64,000 bases of DNA from an uncultured candidate division Zixibacteria bacterium (GCA_963702205.1 OY969724.1:896001-960000), one strand, 5' to 3'; positions 39,319-49,964 are shown, counted from the first letter of the stretch. The notes: a model not told the origin generated them from the sequence alone. Numbers and translations are program-made.

Positions 39319-41320
39319 AAGTCAACTCTTTTAATTTTCTGATTTCGCTTTCGGACCGCTTGATATAGTCTTTAATCTCGGTATTATCGGGATCGAGGCG
39401 AGCGGCCTTGTCCCAAATATCAATGGCTTCCTGCAGCTTGTTCTGACCGTACAGCTCTACCCCGACGAATTTGTAGGCCTTGACGAGGTACTGACGGACG
39501 TTTTGATAATCGGGCGCGAGACGTTCCACGTTTTCCCAGCGGGTAATGGCCTTGTCGAGATTTCCGGCTTCGAACAGCTGGCGGGCCTGTTCGTATTCAG
39601 CAGAAACTTCCTGGGCCAGTTTGGGACTTAGTGTTTTCGATTCTTCGGCATTCTGTTTCCGGGCCAGAGTTGCCTGTTCGGCCAGTTTATCCTTGGCTCG
39701 TTTTTTCAGATCGAGGCACCATTTATGATCGGGGAACAGAACCAGGGCGCTGTCGAGACAGGTTATAGCGACCTTATAGTCACCCCGATCGTAAGCACTG
39801 CTGGCGTTATTGCGACACAACTCGAAATCCAGACGTTTGACTGCCAGTCGAACGCGGTCGTCGTTCGGTGCGAACTGGGCCAGACCGCTTATAATGTTTT
39901 TCGCCTGCAAGACAAGACCGTAACTGAGCAGCGAATCAGCCGTTGTCAATTGCTCGTTAATCAACCGGTCCTGAGATTGATTGTGTATGATGATTTCTTC
40001 GGCTTTATCCAGAAGGTCCTGGGCTTCCGGTGAATTGGCAAAAAGCTCCAGCGCCAGATTGGCGAAATAGCGGGTACCGATGGCATCGCCGGCAGCGAGT
40101 CTCGCCTGAGCCGAATCGAGCCGCTGACTGTAGAGCATCTTGCGCTTGATCTGTTCCAGCCTGCCGTTGGCCTCATCCAGTCCGTTCTGAATCGAAGCCG
40201 TGTCGAGCTCATTGGCCCGGGCCATGAACAGCGCCCGGTCGAACTGGCTGGCCGCCTCTTCGACGTATCCGGCGTCCATTTTCTTGCGGGCGTCGGCTTC
40301 CAAATCCTCGACCAGTTTGCTATTCTTATCGGTCAGACGGCGGTTCATCATGTCGTTAAATTCGATTTCCCGGCGGACCAGGCGATCATCCCGGCGGGTT
40401 TGCACCGAGCGGCCGAACGAAGTCGTAACGCTGAACATGTGCAAACCGCCCATGTCACGATCCACCCAGGCATAATCAAAAGATAAATATTTCCATTTCA
40501 GTCCGGCTCCGAAGGCGAATTTGTCTTTGTTCACGCCGCCGCGCAGGAAGTACCAATCATTTAGGCTGTACTCCAGACCGGCCGCAAAGGCAGCATCGAT
40601 TTTGTCAATCTTATTCAGTTTGATCGACAGAGATAAACGGTGGCCGTAATTGTTGAACGGATGAAATTCAAAAGTACCGCCGAATGTAATTATATACGGG
40701 TATGATATACTGACGTCGACCAGTTCCGTTTTCGGCTTGATAAGATTGTGACCAACGAGGGCCAGGCCGATTTTGGATAAATGGCGATTTTTCAACTTAA
40801 GCGTCCGTCCGATCGACAGATTCAATCCGGGTGAGGACGTGGCTTTGTATTCATCGAGCGTATGGCTTTCCATCGTAAGCGCCGCTCCAAGGTCATAGCC
40901 CGATACATTTACACCGTAAGCGAAGTAATAACCCATGCGGGTGTCGTTGAAATCGTACAGGTGAAGGTTGGAGGCGTCGCGCCGGTCGATATTATCTATA
41001 CCGAGACGGAATATACCCAGTGCAAAACAGCCCAGATCGAGGGTTGGCACGGCCAGCCCGAGGTACTGGTAGGCGACGTCGGAATCGTACAGGCGACTCA
41101 TAAACCCGGATACGGTATAGTGCTGCGTGTGTGCCAGGGCCGAGGGGTTCCAGTACGTCGCGGTAGCGGCGTCGGAGAAGGCCAGATCGGAACCGCCCAG
41201 CGCCAGACCGCGGGCTCCGGCTCCGAGGCTGAACGGCGAGATGGTCCCGCCGTCGCCTTCGGCCAGAACTATCCCCGGCAGGAGCACCAGAACGAATATG
41301 TATCGCCAGAATTTGATCAT
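39308..41320 (-). CDS. PorV/PorQ-family outer-membrane barrel with C-terminal coiled-coil/TPR extension
   Basis: Signal peptide; GAGARGLALGG...YWNPSAL; GLEYS...FLRGG, FDYAW; several TPR-like repeats (AIDIWDKAARLDPDN). Confidence 0.8.
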   Translation of the reverse strand: MIKFWRYIFVLVLLPGIVLAEGDGGTISPFSLGAGARGLALGGSDLAFSDAATATYWNPSALAHTQHYTVSGFMSRLYDSDVAYQYLGLAVPTLDLGCFALGIFRLGIDNIDRRDASNLHLYDFNDTRMGYYFAYGVNVSGYDLGAALTMESHTLDEYKATSSPGLNLSIGRTLKLKNRHLSKIGLALVGHNLIKPKTELVDVSISYPYIITFGGTFEFHPFNNYGHRLSLSIKLNKIDKIDAAFAAGLEYSLNDWYFLRGGVNKDKFAFGAGLKWKYLSFDYAWVDRDMGGLHMFSVTTSFGRSVQTRRDDRLVRREIEFNDMMNRRLTDKNSKLVEDLEADARKKMDAGYVEEAASQFDRALFMARANELDTASIQNGLDEANGRLEQIKRKMLYSQRLDSAQARLAAGDAIGTRYFANLALELFANSPEAQDLLDKAEEIIIHNQSQDRLINEQLTTADSLLSYGLVLQAKNIISGLAQFAPNDDRVRLAVKRLDFELCRNNASSAYDRGDYKVAITCLDSALVLFPDHKWCLDLKKRAKDKLAEQATLARKQNAEESKTLSPKLAQEVSAEYEQARQLFEAGNLDKAITRWENVERLAPDYQNVRQYLVKAYKFVGVELYGQNKLQEAIDIWDKAARLDPDNTEIKDYIKRSESEIRKLKELTYGQ

Positions 41321-43482
41321 CGTACTATTGAAATTTTCCTTTTATAGCATTCCGTTCGACCCGATATATAGTGCGCCGTAATGCGGCAGAAATATGTCCC
41401 CGGAAGCACGTCCAGATTCACGTCGTTCTGTCCCGACCAGACGTCTTCGTCGTGCGAGCCCTCACCCCGGAAACCGTTTTTAAGCACATCTTTAACCGCC
41501 TCGCCGGTAACCGTGAACAGCTCGATATCGACGTGGGCGTCTTCGTCGAGAGTGTAGCCAATCACCGTATGGCCGTCGACGTCGGGATTAAACGGATTGG
41601 GATAATTCGTAAACGAATTCTTCAGACCCGCCGCTGCGAGCGAAATCTCGGCCGAATAGACGGGGAAAATACTGCCGGACAGGAGCGGATAAACGGCCGT
41701 AGCAAGATTTAAATCGGCCATGCTGAACGACGTGGAATCATCGAATATCATTATATAATTGGCCGGATCGACGTCGGCTCGTATATCACCGGCAATATTC
41801 AGGTCAGCCAGCACGCCCGATTCCAGCGTGAAGGCCGTTTCCGGAATCAGCCGGATAGTATCTCCGGCAAAAGCGCTGTCGGTCGCGACTGTTTGACCGT
41901 CAAGTGAGAGATAAACGGCGTCGAATAATTCCGAGGCATCGGTGGATGTATATCCATCACCGGTTCGTTTCAACAGCCGACCGGTAAGACCGGACAGGGC
42001 AATGTCTCCTCCGGCTCCGCCCTGACTGTAATCCAGGTGGCCCTGATATATCGAGAGACCTTCCTGATTCGGACCGGCCAATTGGACGGGCAGAGACTCG
42101 GTTTCGAGCACCGGTCGTCCGGCCGGAAGGAAGATGCGGGTCATATTGGTCATGAACGGGTACTCGGCCGCGCAATTGTCGCCCGGACTGTATGAAAGCG
42201 CCGACGTGGAATCATTGGCGTCGGTGATTTCAAGCCAGCCGGTCGATGGAATCATCAGAACGAAATTATCGTACGGTGCATCCGCTTCAATATCGGCAAT
42301 CAACCGTACATTGAGACTTTCGCCCGGGCTGACCGCAATTCCCGGCTGACCGAGATCGAATATGGTGTTGGCTCCGAGAACTTGCACGAAAGTTTGATAA
42401 ACCGGTGCCTGTCCTTCGATCTGATAGCCGATGCGGTCGAACAAGCGGTTCGGATCGAGCAGGGTGCCCGAAGAATCTATAGCCTGCACCGAAATGCTTT
42501 GCAAATATATATCCGCCTTGTTCGGCGCGGCATCATAGTTAAATGCGAAGTCTATCAGCGACAAAGTATCTTTGCCGCCGACGGTCGAATACGGCAGAAG
42601 CGAAACCGGACAGAGTTCAGGAGGAACAGCCGGATCGTTCAGGCTCGTAACTCCGGCCAGAATGGGAAATACATCTTCATCGCCGAGCTGCAGCAGATCG
42701 TCGCTGGCGGCTTCCAGAATCGAATGTGAAGACAGATCGCGTACCTCGAAGGCGGTGCTGTCGGGGATGGTCATGCCGAATGAAGATACGGAAATATCGG
42801 CGGCGACGCTCATCCTGATCAAAATGGAATCTACTTCATCGGGGCTGAGAGTGAGCGGAGAGCCAAGAGGTATATCTATTTCGACGGTGCCGCTCGGTAT
42901 GGACTGGACGCCCCCGATTATAGTCTGCTGGTGCAGGACGTTCACTTCGTCGGCGACGTTATCGGCGGGAATGGCCGCACCAAGTTCATCGGTAAAGGAT
43001 ACCGTCAGACCCGTCAATTGAATTTGGGAGCTTGTCAGACTGCCGGGATGACGCAGTTTAAGATAAACGAGACTGACGTTGTTCTGTCCCACGTTCACAT
43101 GCGGCGGCAAAAGCGCGGTATATGAAACCAGCATCTCCTGCGAGGGGTCATCGATACGGCACGAAGCCGTCTGCAGCGGGAAAGTTACCGAAGATGCTAT
43201 CGTGACAGGCTGCAGCGAATTGTCGTCCAGAATTTCGATATTATTGCCGTCGTTCAGCGAAAGAATGAAATTGTCAGCCGTCGCCAGCGAATCAATATCC
43301 ACCAGAAGCGAAAAATTCTTTTTCTCGCCCGATTCGACCGTAACGGGAGTCCCGAAATCAAGTTGCACCGATGATTGTCCCGGGGGACTTTCTATAATGC
43401 AAAGATTCGTGTACCCCGTCGACAGGACCATCCGCGAAAAAACGGTGTTGGCGTCGATCGGCTGGAAATTATTATCGAGTAC
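41317..43482 (-). CDS. C-terminal part of the giant secreted protein, with FlgD-Ig/T9SS-like sorting domain
   Basis: Frame open upstream of ATG 43431 (VLDNNFQPIDANTVFSR-MVLS); ends FTNYPNPFNP...WSGQND...PGTYFCRI...KISIVR. Confidence 0.8.
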   Translation of the reverse strand, partial: VLDNNFQPIDANTVFSRMVLSTGYTNLCIIESPPGQSSVQLDFGTPVTVESGEKKNFSLLVDIDSLATADNFILSLNDGNNIEILDDNSLQPVTIASSVTFPLQTASCRIDDPSQEMLVSYTALLPPHVNVGQNNVSLVYLKLRHPGSLTSSQIQLTGLTVSFTDELGAAIPADNVADEVNVLHQQTIIGGVQSIPSGTVEIDIPLGSPLTLSPDEVDSILIRMSVAADISVSSFGMTIPDSTAFEVRDLSSHSILEAASDDLLQLGDEDVFPILAGVTSLNDPAVPPELCPVSLLPYSTVGGKDTLSLIDFAFNYDAAPNKADIYLQSISVQAIDSSGTLLDPNRLFDRIGYQIEGQAPVYQTFVQVLGANTIFDLGQPGIAVSPGESLNVRLIADIEADAPYDNFVLMIPSTGWLEITDANDSTSALSYSPGDNCAAEYPFMTNMTRIFLPAGRPVLETESLPVQLAGPNQEGLSIYQGHLDYSQGGAGGDIALSGLTGRLLKRTGDGYTSTDASELFDAVYLSLDGQTVATDSAFAGDTIRLIPETAFTLESGVLADLNIAGDIRADVDPANYIMIFDDSTSFSMADLNLATAVYPLLSGSIFPVYSAEISLAAAGLKNSFTNYPNPFNPDVDGHTVIGYTLDEDAHVDIELFTVTGEAVKDVLKNGFRGEGSHDEDVWSGQNDVNLDVLPGTYFCRITAHYISGRTECYKRKISIVR

Positions 43483-46400
43483 AGGTCAAAGTCAGGCCTT
43501 GCATGAGATATGCCGCCGACGTCGCTTCGGGATCCGAATGAGAAACGCTCAGGCTCAGCGGGAAGACGTTGAACTGTCCGCGCGTAACCGAGGTCGGGAT
43601 GGTGTTGATCAATTTTACGAGCGCGTCGGAAGGCACCGTTTGAATGGTGATATTTTCGGTAGTGACGACGGCCGACGTGTCTCCGGTCGGCGGGGCAGCC
43701 GCTCTCAGGTCAAACGTAAGTTCTCCCGCGGCGACAGCGGTCAAATAAAATTTGAATATCGTACTGCCCTGGGCGGGGATCGTGACCGGCCCGGAAGCGG
43801 AGCTGTCGACCGTTACGAGGTCCGAGTCGCTGATGGAAACCAGTTCGCCGATGACATTATCCAGGTCCGTCGCCAGAAGATTATCCGTGGCTATTTCGAC
43901 CGTAATATTCTGGCCGATCGAGAAATTCGGTCCGAGCGGGTTGTACGAAATGCGCAGAGCCGACGTGGATATCGTAAACGTCGCCCCGATGACAATGTTT
44001 TTATCTCGCGGGCCGTCATTGGCGGAAAAATATTCAAAACCGCTTATCGGAATTCTGCCTCTGAAGGTCGCGCCCGGCGTGGCGGCGGCGGCGATATCGG
44101 CGATAACGAACAAAGCTTGCGGATCATCGCCGAACTCCAGATCAATATTATCAAGGGTCCACTCTCCGCCGGAGTAGGAAAATGTGCCGAGATACTGATC
44201 GGTATCCTGCCATTTTTCATCGCCGTCGGTATCGAGCCAGAGCTCCACCGTTTCGAGGTCGCCGTCGTCGGCGGTTTCCGCATTTTGTATGGTCAATGAT
44301 TTCAGCGTATCGGTTTGATCACCGTCGATGGCCGGTTTGAAAGCCATGATGACAATGGATGTATCCGACGGGCTCACGGTTCTCGGTGTCACGGGAACGA
44401 TGTCGTACTGAGCCGCTATGGAGCCATCGATAACCAGATGACCGCCGCTGACGAGCGGCAGGTCGCCGTTGAGGTTCACTGTTTCGATGAAATTGAAGTC
44501 AGAAGGACCGGTTATTTCGACGGCGAGGCTGTCGGAGTCGATGACATTCAGCGGTATATCGGCCGTTACAAAAAAGTATGTTAGCTCTTCGGCGGGCAGT
44601 TCGATATCAAGGCCGGACAGGTGCAGTGCGCCGGATGTGAAATTACCGGTCGCAATCAGTGAATCGTCGTTGAGAATTCGGTCACCGTCCTGGTCGTAGT
44701 AAAGTGAAACCTGTCCGAGTTCGTAGTCGGCAAAATCCAGATCGGACGTCGTGACGGAAATGTCGGTCAGGTTCAGTCCGGTCAGCGTTTTCGCCTGATC
44801 GATATATCCATTGTAAAGAGCAAAAATCATAAGATTATTCTGGCTGCTGCCGGGCGCCACGGTTGCGGTCGCGGCCGGTATTGATATGGCGGTTATACGG
44901 TTCGACGGAAATACTAGGTGGGCGCGGGTATCGTCGACCGAAATGTCGTCAGGCCCATCGGTGCCCGATTTAAAGTTCACCCCGCCGGTCGGTAGGGACA
45001 GTTGTATGGACCCGGCGTCGAACGATCGGTTGGCGATGTTAGCCGTCACGACAAACCGGCTACCACCGGATTTTATTGCAAAATCCATTCCGGTCAGAGA
45101 CCAGGAATCGTCGCGATAAGTCATCTGTCCGATATAATCCCCGGCGTCGGGCGTGATATCTCCGTCCGGATCGGCCCAGAGCTTCAAAGTTACGATGTCA
45201 CTGGCATTGTTCAAACTGCCCAGGTTGGTCAGAGTAAGCCCCGACAAAATATCGCTGCTGTAACCGTTCGACGGCAGATCGAAATTGAATATCGGGCGAT
45301 TGGTCTGACCACCGTAGTACGCGCCCTGATCTATATCGAACACGTTGACCGCGGCGGCAGGAAACGCCGAAATGGTGAAAACTCCGGGGTTGGTAAGCGG
45401 GAATGTGCCGCTTATGGTAACCGGGGCGCTGAAATAGATATCGTCATCGCTTGCTACGGAGAAATTGATCGTATTACCGTCCTTGGCGTTGTATAAATTC
45501 AGCCATGGTACTGGTACAAGTCGTGCCCCTCCGCCGAATCCGTCGATCGGGAGGTTGTTCAGAAGGAATTTTCCGCTGCCGTCGGTAATTTGTGATGACG
45601 CCAGCAAAGAGTCATTGGCGTCTATAATTATATTGTCATCCGAAGTTAGGTAAAGCTGGACGCTGTCTATCTGGCTGTCGAGCTGAGCGAGAGTGGCGTC
45701 ATCGGGATCGGTGGCCTCCAGGCTGAAATATAGGCTGTCCAGATAGGCGGTGACGGCATACCCGTTGATCATTTCGACTGCCATGACCGGACCCGTCGAT
45801 TCGCCGGGAGTTACATCTCGCGGGGTAATGGCAATTGGGGTGCAGTCTACGCTTTCCGAAGATAATATCGTAACCGTATCGACCGGGACCGTGGCCATGT
45901 CAATCGGGCCGTCGTTGCCCGAGGACATCTGGACCCCGTCGGTCGGAATAGCCAGCGCGATAGTCGCACCGTTGGCCGGGTAGTCGGCAATATTCGCCCC
46001 GATGTAGAACCGGGTTGCGGCATCGGTAAGCGCGACGTTCAGGCCGCTGATTGACCAGCGGTCACCGGTGAAAACCAGTTGACCCAGTCGGTATTCCTCG
46101 GCGGTCGAAGTAAAGACATTATTTCCGTTATCTTTATACAGGACAAAGGATTCGATGTCATTGTCGGTCGCTGTCCCCTCATTATATATATTAAGGGATT
46201 TCAGGGTATCGGTTTGATACCCGTTGCGAGGAAGGTCGAATGACAGGACGCTGCAGGAAAACGTCCTGGCTGCGGCGTTCGCGACATCGCTGGTGATAAT
46301 TCGTATCTGGGCGGCAATCATGCCATTTATTATGACATAGCCGAATGAATTGACGGTTTCAGGTCCGAGCGGAACCGTGGCATCCGATACATCAAGATCG

Positions 46401-49400
46401 GTAGTCGTCGTGAAATATATGTCCAAGCTGTCGCCGTCGCGCGGAGACGGAGATATATTTATCGCGCCGATAATCGTAATCCCAGAATCCGGAGCGATTG
46501 CCAGTGAACCAAGATTGACGTGGTTTATCTCGCCTGTAATTGCCGCCGATCCGATCAGGCTGTCCGAGGCAGAAAGCAGGGAATCATTGTCGAGATCGGC
46601 ATAAAGAGATATCTGATTCATATTCGACCGAACCTGCTCAGCGGTCCCGGGTCCATGAGAATTATTGCGAACGGTTAATCCGGTTAAGCTTTTTGGGTCG
46701 TCGAAATAATTTTCAACCCGGAAGGCCAGAATCGGGACATCTTCCTGAGCCGAACGGGCTTCGCCATTGCCAAGCGGAATATTGTAAACTACGAGAGCTT
46801 CGACGTCGATCGAGCCGCTGGTATCGACAACGGCATTGATATCGCTGATAACCGTTATTTCACCCGAACCCGGCTTGGTGGCGATGAATGTACCGTCGGC
46901 ATTGATGGTCCCCATACTGCCAAGCACGTCCCAGGTGAGGGTGCCGGTCGTAGTAGTATTGCCGTCGGAATCGTACCCGGTCGCCTCAAACTGCACCGAA
47001 TCGCCGGGAGCGGTATCGGTCATGTCCGGAGAAATCGCAAGTGAGTGCAATAACCCCGGCGTAATTTCAAGACAGGCGGTTGTGTCGGCGGCACCTTTGT
47101 CAGAAACGGCAATCACTCCGGTGGTGCCAACCGTGGTCGGATCGAACAGGCCGGAATTGTCGATGTCGCCGAGAGCGTCGACAACGCTCCAGGTTATGTT
47201 GCCGGGATCGGCGCCAAAGCCTCCGGAGTCGAAACCTGAAATAGTATATTGAAGAGTAGAATCGGCCGTGATTGTCGCGGAATCCGGTGCAATCTGCAGA
47301 GTAACCAGAGCGGCGGGATTGACCGTAATCGTAATTTGTTCGCTGTCGATCGCCAGTGAGTCATCGGAGGCGTAAACCATTATATCATAATCACCGGCCG
47401 AGGGATACATCGGCGTCCAGTCGAATGTCCCGGTGCCGTCGCCGTTGTCGGTAAACCCGGCTCCGCTGGGAAGAGTCGACGTTGTCAGGCTCGGTATCGA
47501 TTCGATATCGGTCGCGGAGATATCGAAATTAAGATTGGCATTTTCGGTCACCGTACGGTCGCCAATAGCGGCCAGGACCGGCTGCTGGTTTCCGGCATCG
47601 TTGACGGTTATAGTGAACAAGCCGCTGTCGACGGCGCTGGAATCATCGGTGGCATAAAACCAAATTTCATAAACGCCCGATTGCAAATAGGTCGGTGTCC
47701 ACGTGAAACTGCCGGACCCGTCGCCGTTGTCGGTGAAACCCGCTCCGGTCGGCAGGGCCGAGGACGTCACGACGGGCATGGATTCTATATCAGAAGCACT
47801 GAGTACGAACGACCCGTTTACGTTTTCGGCAATAGTCAAGTCTTCGGGAAGAATCAGCACGGGCGGCTGATTACCGGCGTCGGCAACCGTTATGGTGATG
47901 GTTTCGCTGTCGACGGCGCTGGAGTCGTCGGTTGCGTAAAATGTTATTTCATAAGCTCCTGACTGGAAAAATGTCGGTGTCCAGTCGAAGGAGCCTGTGC
48001 CGTCGCCGTGATCGGCGAACGAGGCACCGGTTGGAAGCGGCGAGGTGCTCAGCGTCGGTGTTGATTCGATATCGCCGGCTTTAATATGAAAATAGAGGTC
48101 AACGTTTTCGACCGTTTTTTGATTATCGATTTCACCAAGCTCCGGAAGATTGTTGCCGGTTTCGAAATATCCCATATCCGGTGCCAGGCCGCTGAAGGGA
48201 TAACCGATATTGAGACCTTTGTCGATTACGGGCGACGTTGGCTGCAATGTGAAATCATCGCCCGCCCAATCGACAAACTGGGGATTGACATCCATGCGTC
48301 CGGCGGAATCATGCACTCCCCCGGAATAATCGGTATCGAGCAATCCGTTCCAAATGTCATTATAAGCGCAGACATTGCCGGATGAGCCGTATATAGCTAT
48401 GCTGCCGTCTATTAGAAGATTGCCGTTGGCTATTATATTGTTGAAAATGCGACAGGAAGAGACAGCATTGTCTATATAGACCCCTTGCATGGAATAATTA
48501 TAAACCGTGTTGCCATAGAATTTATTCGATTCCGCTCCGGCCCGGTTGACCAGGCCTGATTGCCCCACGTTGTAAATAAGATTTTTCTGGATCAGGTTAT
48601 AACTGCCGTAGACATCGATCCCCTGCAAACCGAAATCATGAATCGTGCATTCTGCTATAAAACATGAATCGCCGTTCAACGACAAACCGTGGCGGGCACA
48701 GTTGGTCAGTGTTATGCCGCGGAATTGTGTATGATCTCCGTCAATTTGGACTATTACATTGGCCAGACCGCCCATGTCGACAACAGCCGTCCCGTCGCCA
48801 TAATGTTGATAGACTATGGGTGTATTCGCCAGCCCGGACGCCGTCAGAAGGACTGTTGTCAAGACAGAATAGGTTCCGGGCAAAATGTTAACTGTATCAC
48901 CGGCTACGACAATGCCTTTAATATCTCCATTGTCGATAGTGGCCCAGGCCGAACTTATGCTAAGACCATCGTTATCGTCATCACCTGTTTCGGAAACGAA
49001 GAAGTTTCTGCCGCTGGTTGGCATAAACTCCTTGGCACCCATATCGGGAGCATCGCCGATGTACGGATATCCAAGGTCGAGACCTTTGTCAATTACCGGA
49101 GAACCGCTTTGGAGCGTAAAATCACCTGAAAGAGGGTCTACGAACAAGGGGTCGACCGACATGCCACCGGCCGAATCAACAGCACTATTGTAGTTGCCTG
49201 AAGAATTGCCCCAAACGTCATTGAATCCGCATATGTTGTTCGCGTTTCCATTAATGCCATGTTCGCCATTTTCAACGAGAACATTATTGAAGGCGCGCTG
49301 AGTAATATCTTTTATCTCAAGGCCATCTTTCAAGCAGGAATATATGGTGTTGCCGTAAATTAAGGTATTTTTGGCGGAACCTTCAGCTCTGATGCCATCA

Positions 49401-49915
49401 TCACCGGTATTCGTAATTATATTTTTCAAAGCAAGGCAACCGACGCCCTCAATCCTGATGCCGAATTTCTCGGTATCGTGGATATAACAATAAGACGCAG
49501 TGCACGAATCGCCTTTAAGATGAATGGCATTGTCGCGCGTATTGGTAAGTTCGAAACCGTTTATTACGGTATGACTGCCTTTGACTTCGAATATGATATC
49601 AGTACGGTTGTCGTCATCGAGAACGACCGTGCCGCCTTCGCTGCAATATACGATCGGTGCAGCCTCGGTTCCGTTTATTGCCAGATCTATTTTATTGGAA
49701 AGAACATATGTTCCGGCGAGCACTTTGACGGTATCGCCGGGATTGATCAGCCCGAGCCGATCGCCGTTGTTGACGGTCGCCCAGGCGGTAAGTTCGGTTG
49801 AACCGTCCGCCGCGTCGCTGCCCGAAGTGGAAACAAAGTATGTCGTGGCATAAGCGGAGCCTGCCGCCAGCCATACGAGCGCACATATAGCCGATAAAAA
49901 AATATTTTTAGCCAT
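43472..49915 (-). CDS. N-terminal part of the giant secreted protein: two right-handed beta-helix modules, Ig-like repeats, acidic beta-sandwich repeats
   Basis: Signal peptide; two modules running from (Y/F)(F)VS..G.D...G to PDMG; three N.PP.L...LPTGA.F.D.GDG.G.F.WTP repeats; repeated L(Y/W).D.D.D modules. Confidence 0.88.
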   Translation of the reverse strand: MAKNIFLSAICALVWLAAGSAYATTYFVSTSGSDAADGSTELTAWATVNNGDRLGLINPGDTVKVLAGTYVLSNKIDLAINGTEAAPIVYCSEGGTVVLDDDNRTDIIFEVKGSHTVINGFELTNTRDNAIHLKGDSCTASYCYIHDTEKFGIRIEGVGCLALKNIITNTGDDGIRAEGSAKNTLIYGNTIYSCLKDGLEIKDITQRAFNNVLVENGEHGINGNANNICGFNDVWGNSSGNYNSAVDSAGGMSVDPLFVDPLSGDFTLQSGSPVIDKGLDLGYPYIGDAPDMGAKEFMPTSGRNFFVSETGDDDNDGLSISSAWATIDNGDIKGIVVAGDTVNILPGTYSVLTTVLLTASGLANTPIVYQHYGDGTAVVDMGGLANVIVQIDGDHTQFRGITLTNCARHGLSLNGDSCFIAECTIHDFGLQGIDVYGSYNLIQKNLIYNVGQSGLVNRAGAESNKFYGNTVYNYSMQGVYIDNAVSSCRIFNNIIANGNLLIDGSIAIYGSSGNVCAYNDIWNGLLDTDYSGGVHDSAGRMDVNPQFVDWAGDDFTLQPTSPVIDKGLNIGYPFSGLAPDMGYFETGNNLPELGEIDNQKTVENVDLYFHIKAGDIESTPTLSTSPLPTGASFADHGDGTGSFDWTPTFFQSGAYEITFYATDDSSAVDSETITITVADAGNQPPVLILPEDLTIAENVNGSFVLSASDIESMPVVTSSALPTGAGFTDNGDGSGSFTWTPTYLQSGVYEIWFYATDDSSAVDSGLFTITVNDAGNQQPVLAAIGDRTVTENANLNFDISATDIESIPSLTTSTLPSGAGFTDNGDGTGTFDWTPMYPSAGDYDIMVYASDDSLAIDSEQITITVNPAALVTLQIAPDSATITADSTLQYTISGFDSGGFGADPGNITWSVVDALGDIDNSGLFDPTTVGTTGVIAVSDKGAADTTACLEITPGLLHSLAISPDMTDTAPGDSVQFEATGYDSDGNTTTTGTLTWDVLGSMGTINADGTFIATKPGSGEITVISDINAVVDTSGSIDVEALVVYNIPLGNGEARSAQEDVPILAFRVENYFDDPKSLTGLTVRNNSHGPGTAEQVRSNMNQISLYADLDNDSLLSASDSLIGSAAITGEINHVNLGSLAIAPDSGITIIGAINISPSPRDGDSLDIYFTTTTDLDVSDATVPLGPETVNSFGYVIINGMIAAQIRIITSDVANAAARTFSCSVLSFDLPRNGYQTDTLKSLNIYNEGTATDNDIESFVLYKDNGNNVFTSTAEEYRLGQLVFTGDRWSISGLNVALTDAATRFYIGANIADYPANGATIALAIPTDGVQMSSGNDGPIDMATVPVDTVTILSSESVDCTPIAITPRDVTPGESTGPVMAVEMINGYAVTAYLDSLYFSLEATDPDDATLAQLDSQIDSVQLYLTSDDNIIIDANDSLLASSQITDGSGKFLLNNLPIDGFGGGARLVPVPWLNLYNAKDGNTINFSVASDDDIYFSAPVTISGTFPLTNPGVFTISAFPAAAVNVFDIDQGAYYGGQTNRPIFNFDLPSNGYSSDILSGLTLTNLGSLNNASDIVTLKLWADPDGDITPDAGDYIGQMTYRDDSWSLTGMDFAIKSGGSRFVVTANIANRSFDAGSIQLSLPTGGVNFKSGTDGPDDISVDDTRAHLVFPSNRITAISIPAATATVAPGSSQNNLMIFALYNGYIDQAKTLTGLNLTDISVTTSDLDFADYELGQVSLYYDQDGDRILNDDSLIATGNFTSGALHLSGLDIELPAEELTYFFVTADIPLNVIDSDSLAVEITGPSDFNFIETVNLNGDLPLVSGGHLVIDGSIAAQYDIVPVTPRTVSPSDTSIVIMAFKPAIDGDQTDTLKSLTIQNAETADDGDLETVELWLDTDGDEKWQDTDQYLGTFSYSGGEWTLDNIDLEFGDDPQALFVIADIAAAATPGATFRGRIPISGFEYFSANDGPRDKNIVIGATFTISTSALRISYNPLGPNFSIGQNITVEIATDNLLATDLDNVIGELVSISDSDLVTVDSSASGPVTIPAQGSTIFKFYLTAVAAGELTFDLRAAAPPTGDTSAVVTTENITIQTVPSDALVKLINTIPTSVTRGQFNVFPLSLSVSHSDPEATSAAYLMQGLTLTCTR

Positions 49916-49923
49916 TTATTGAT

Positions 49924-49950
49924 ATATCGGCAATAACTGACATAACTTAA
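49924..49950 (-). promoter_or_regulatory. Sigma28-type promoter candidate for the giant-protein operon
   Basis: TTAA-N15-GCCGATAT ending 8 nt before the ATG; no RBS. Confidence 0.5.
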
Positions 49951-49964
49951 GATGGAATAACGTC

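Noticed and set aside
43079..44299. 406-aa plus-strand ORF across the frameshift
   Set aside because: Its translation switches between two antisense shadow frames at the junction, a by-product of the frameshift rather than a gene.
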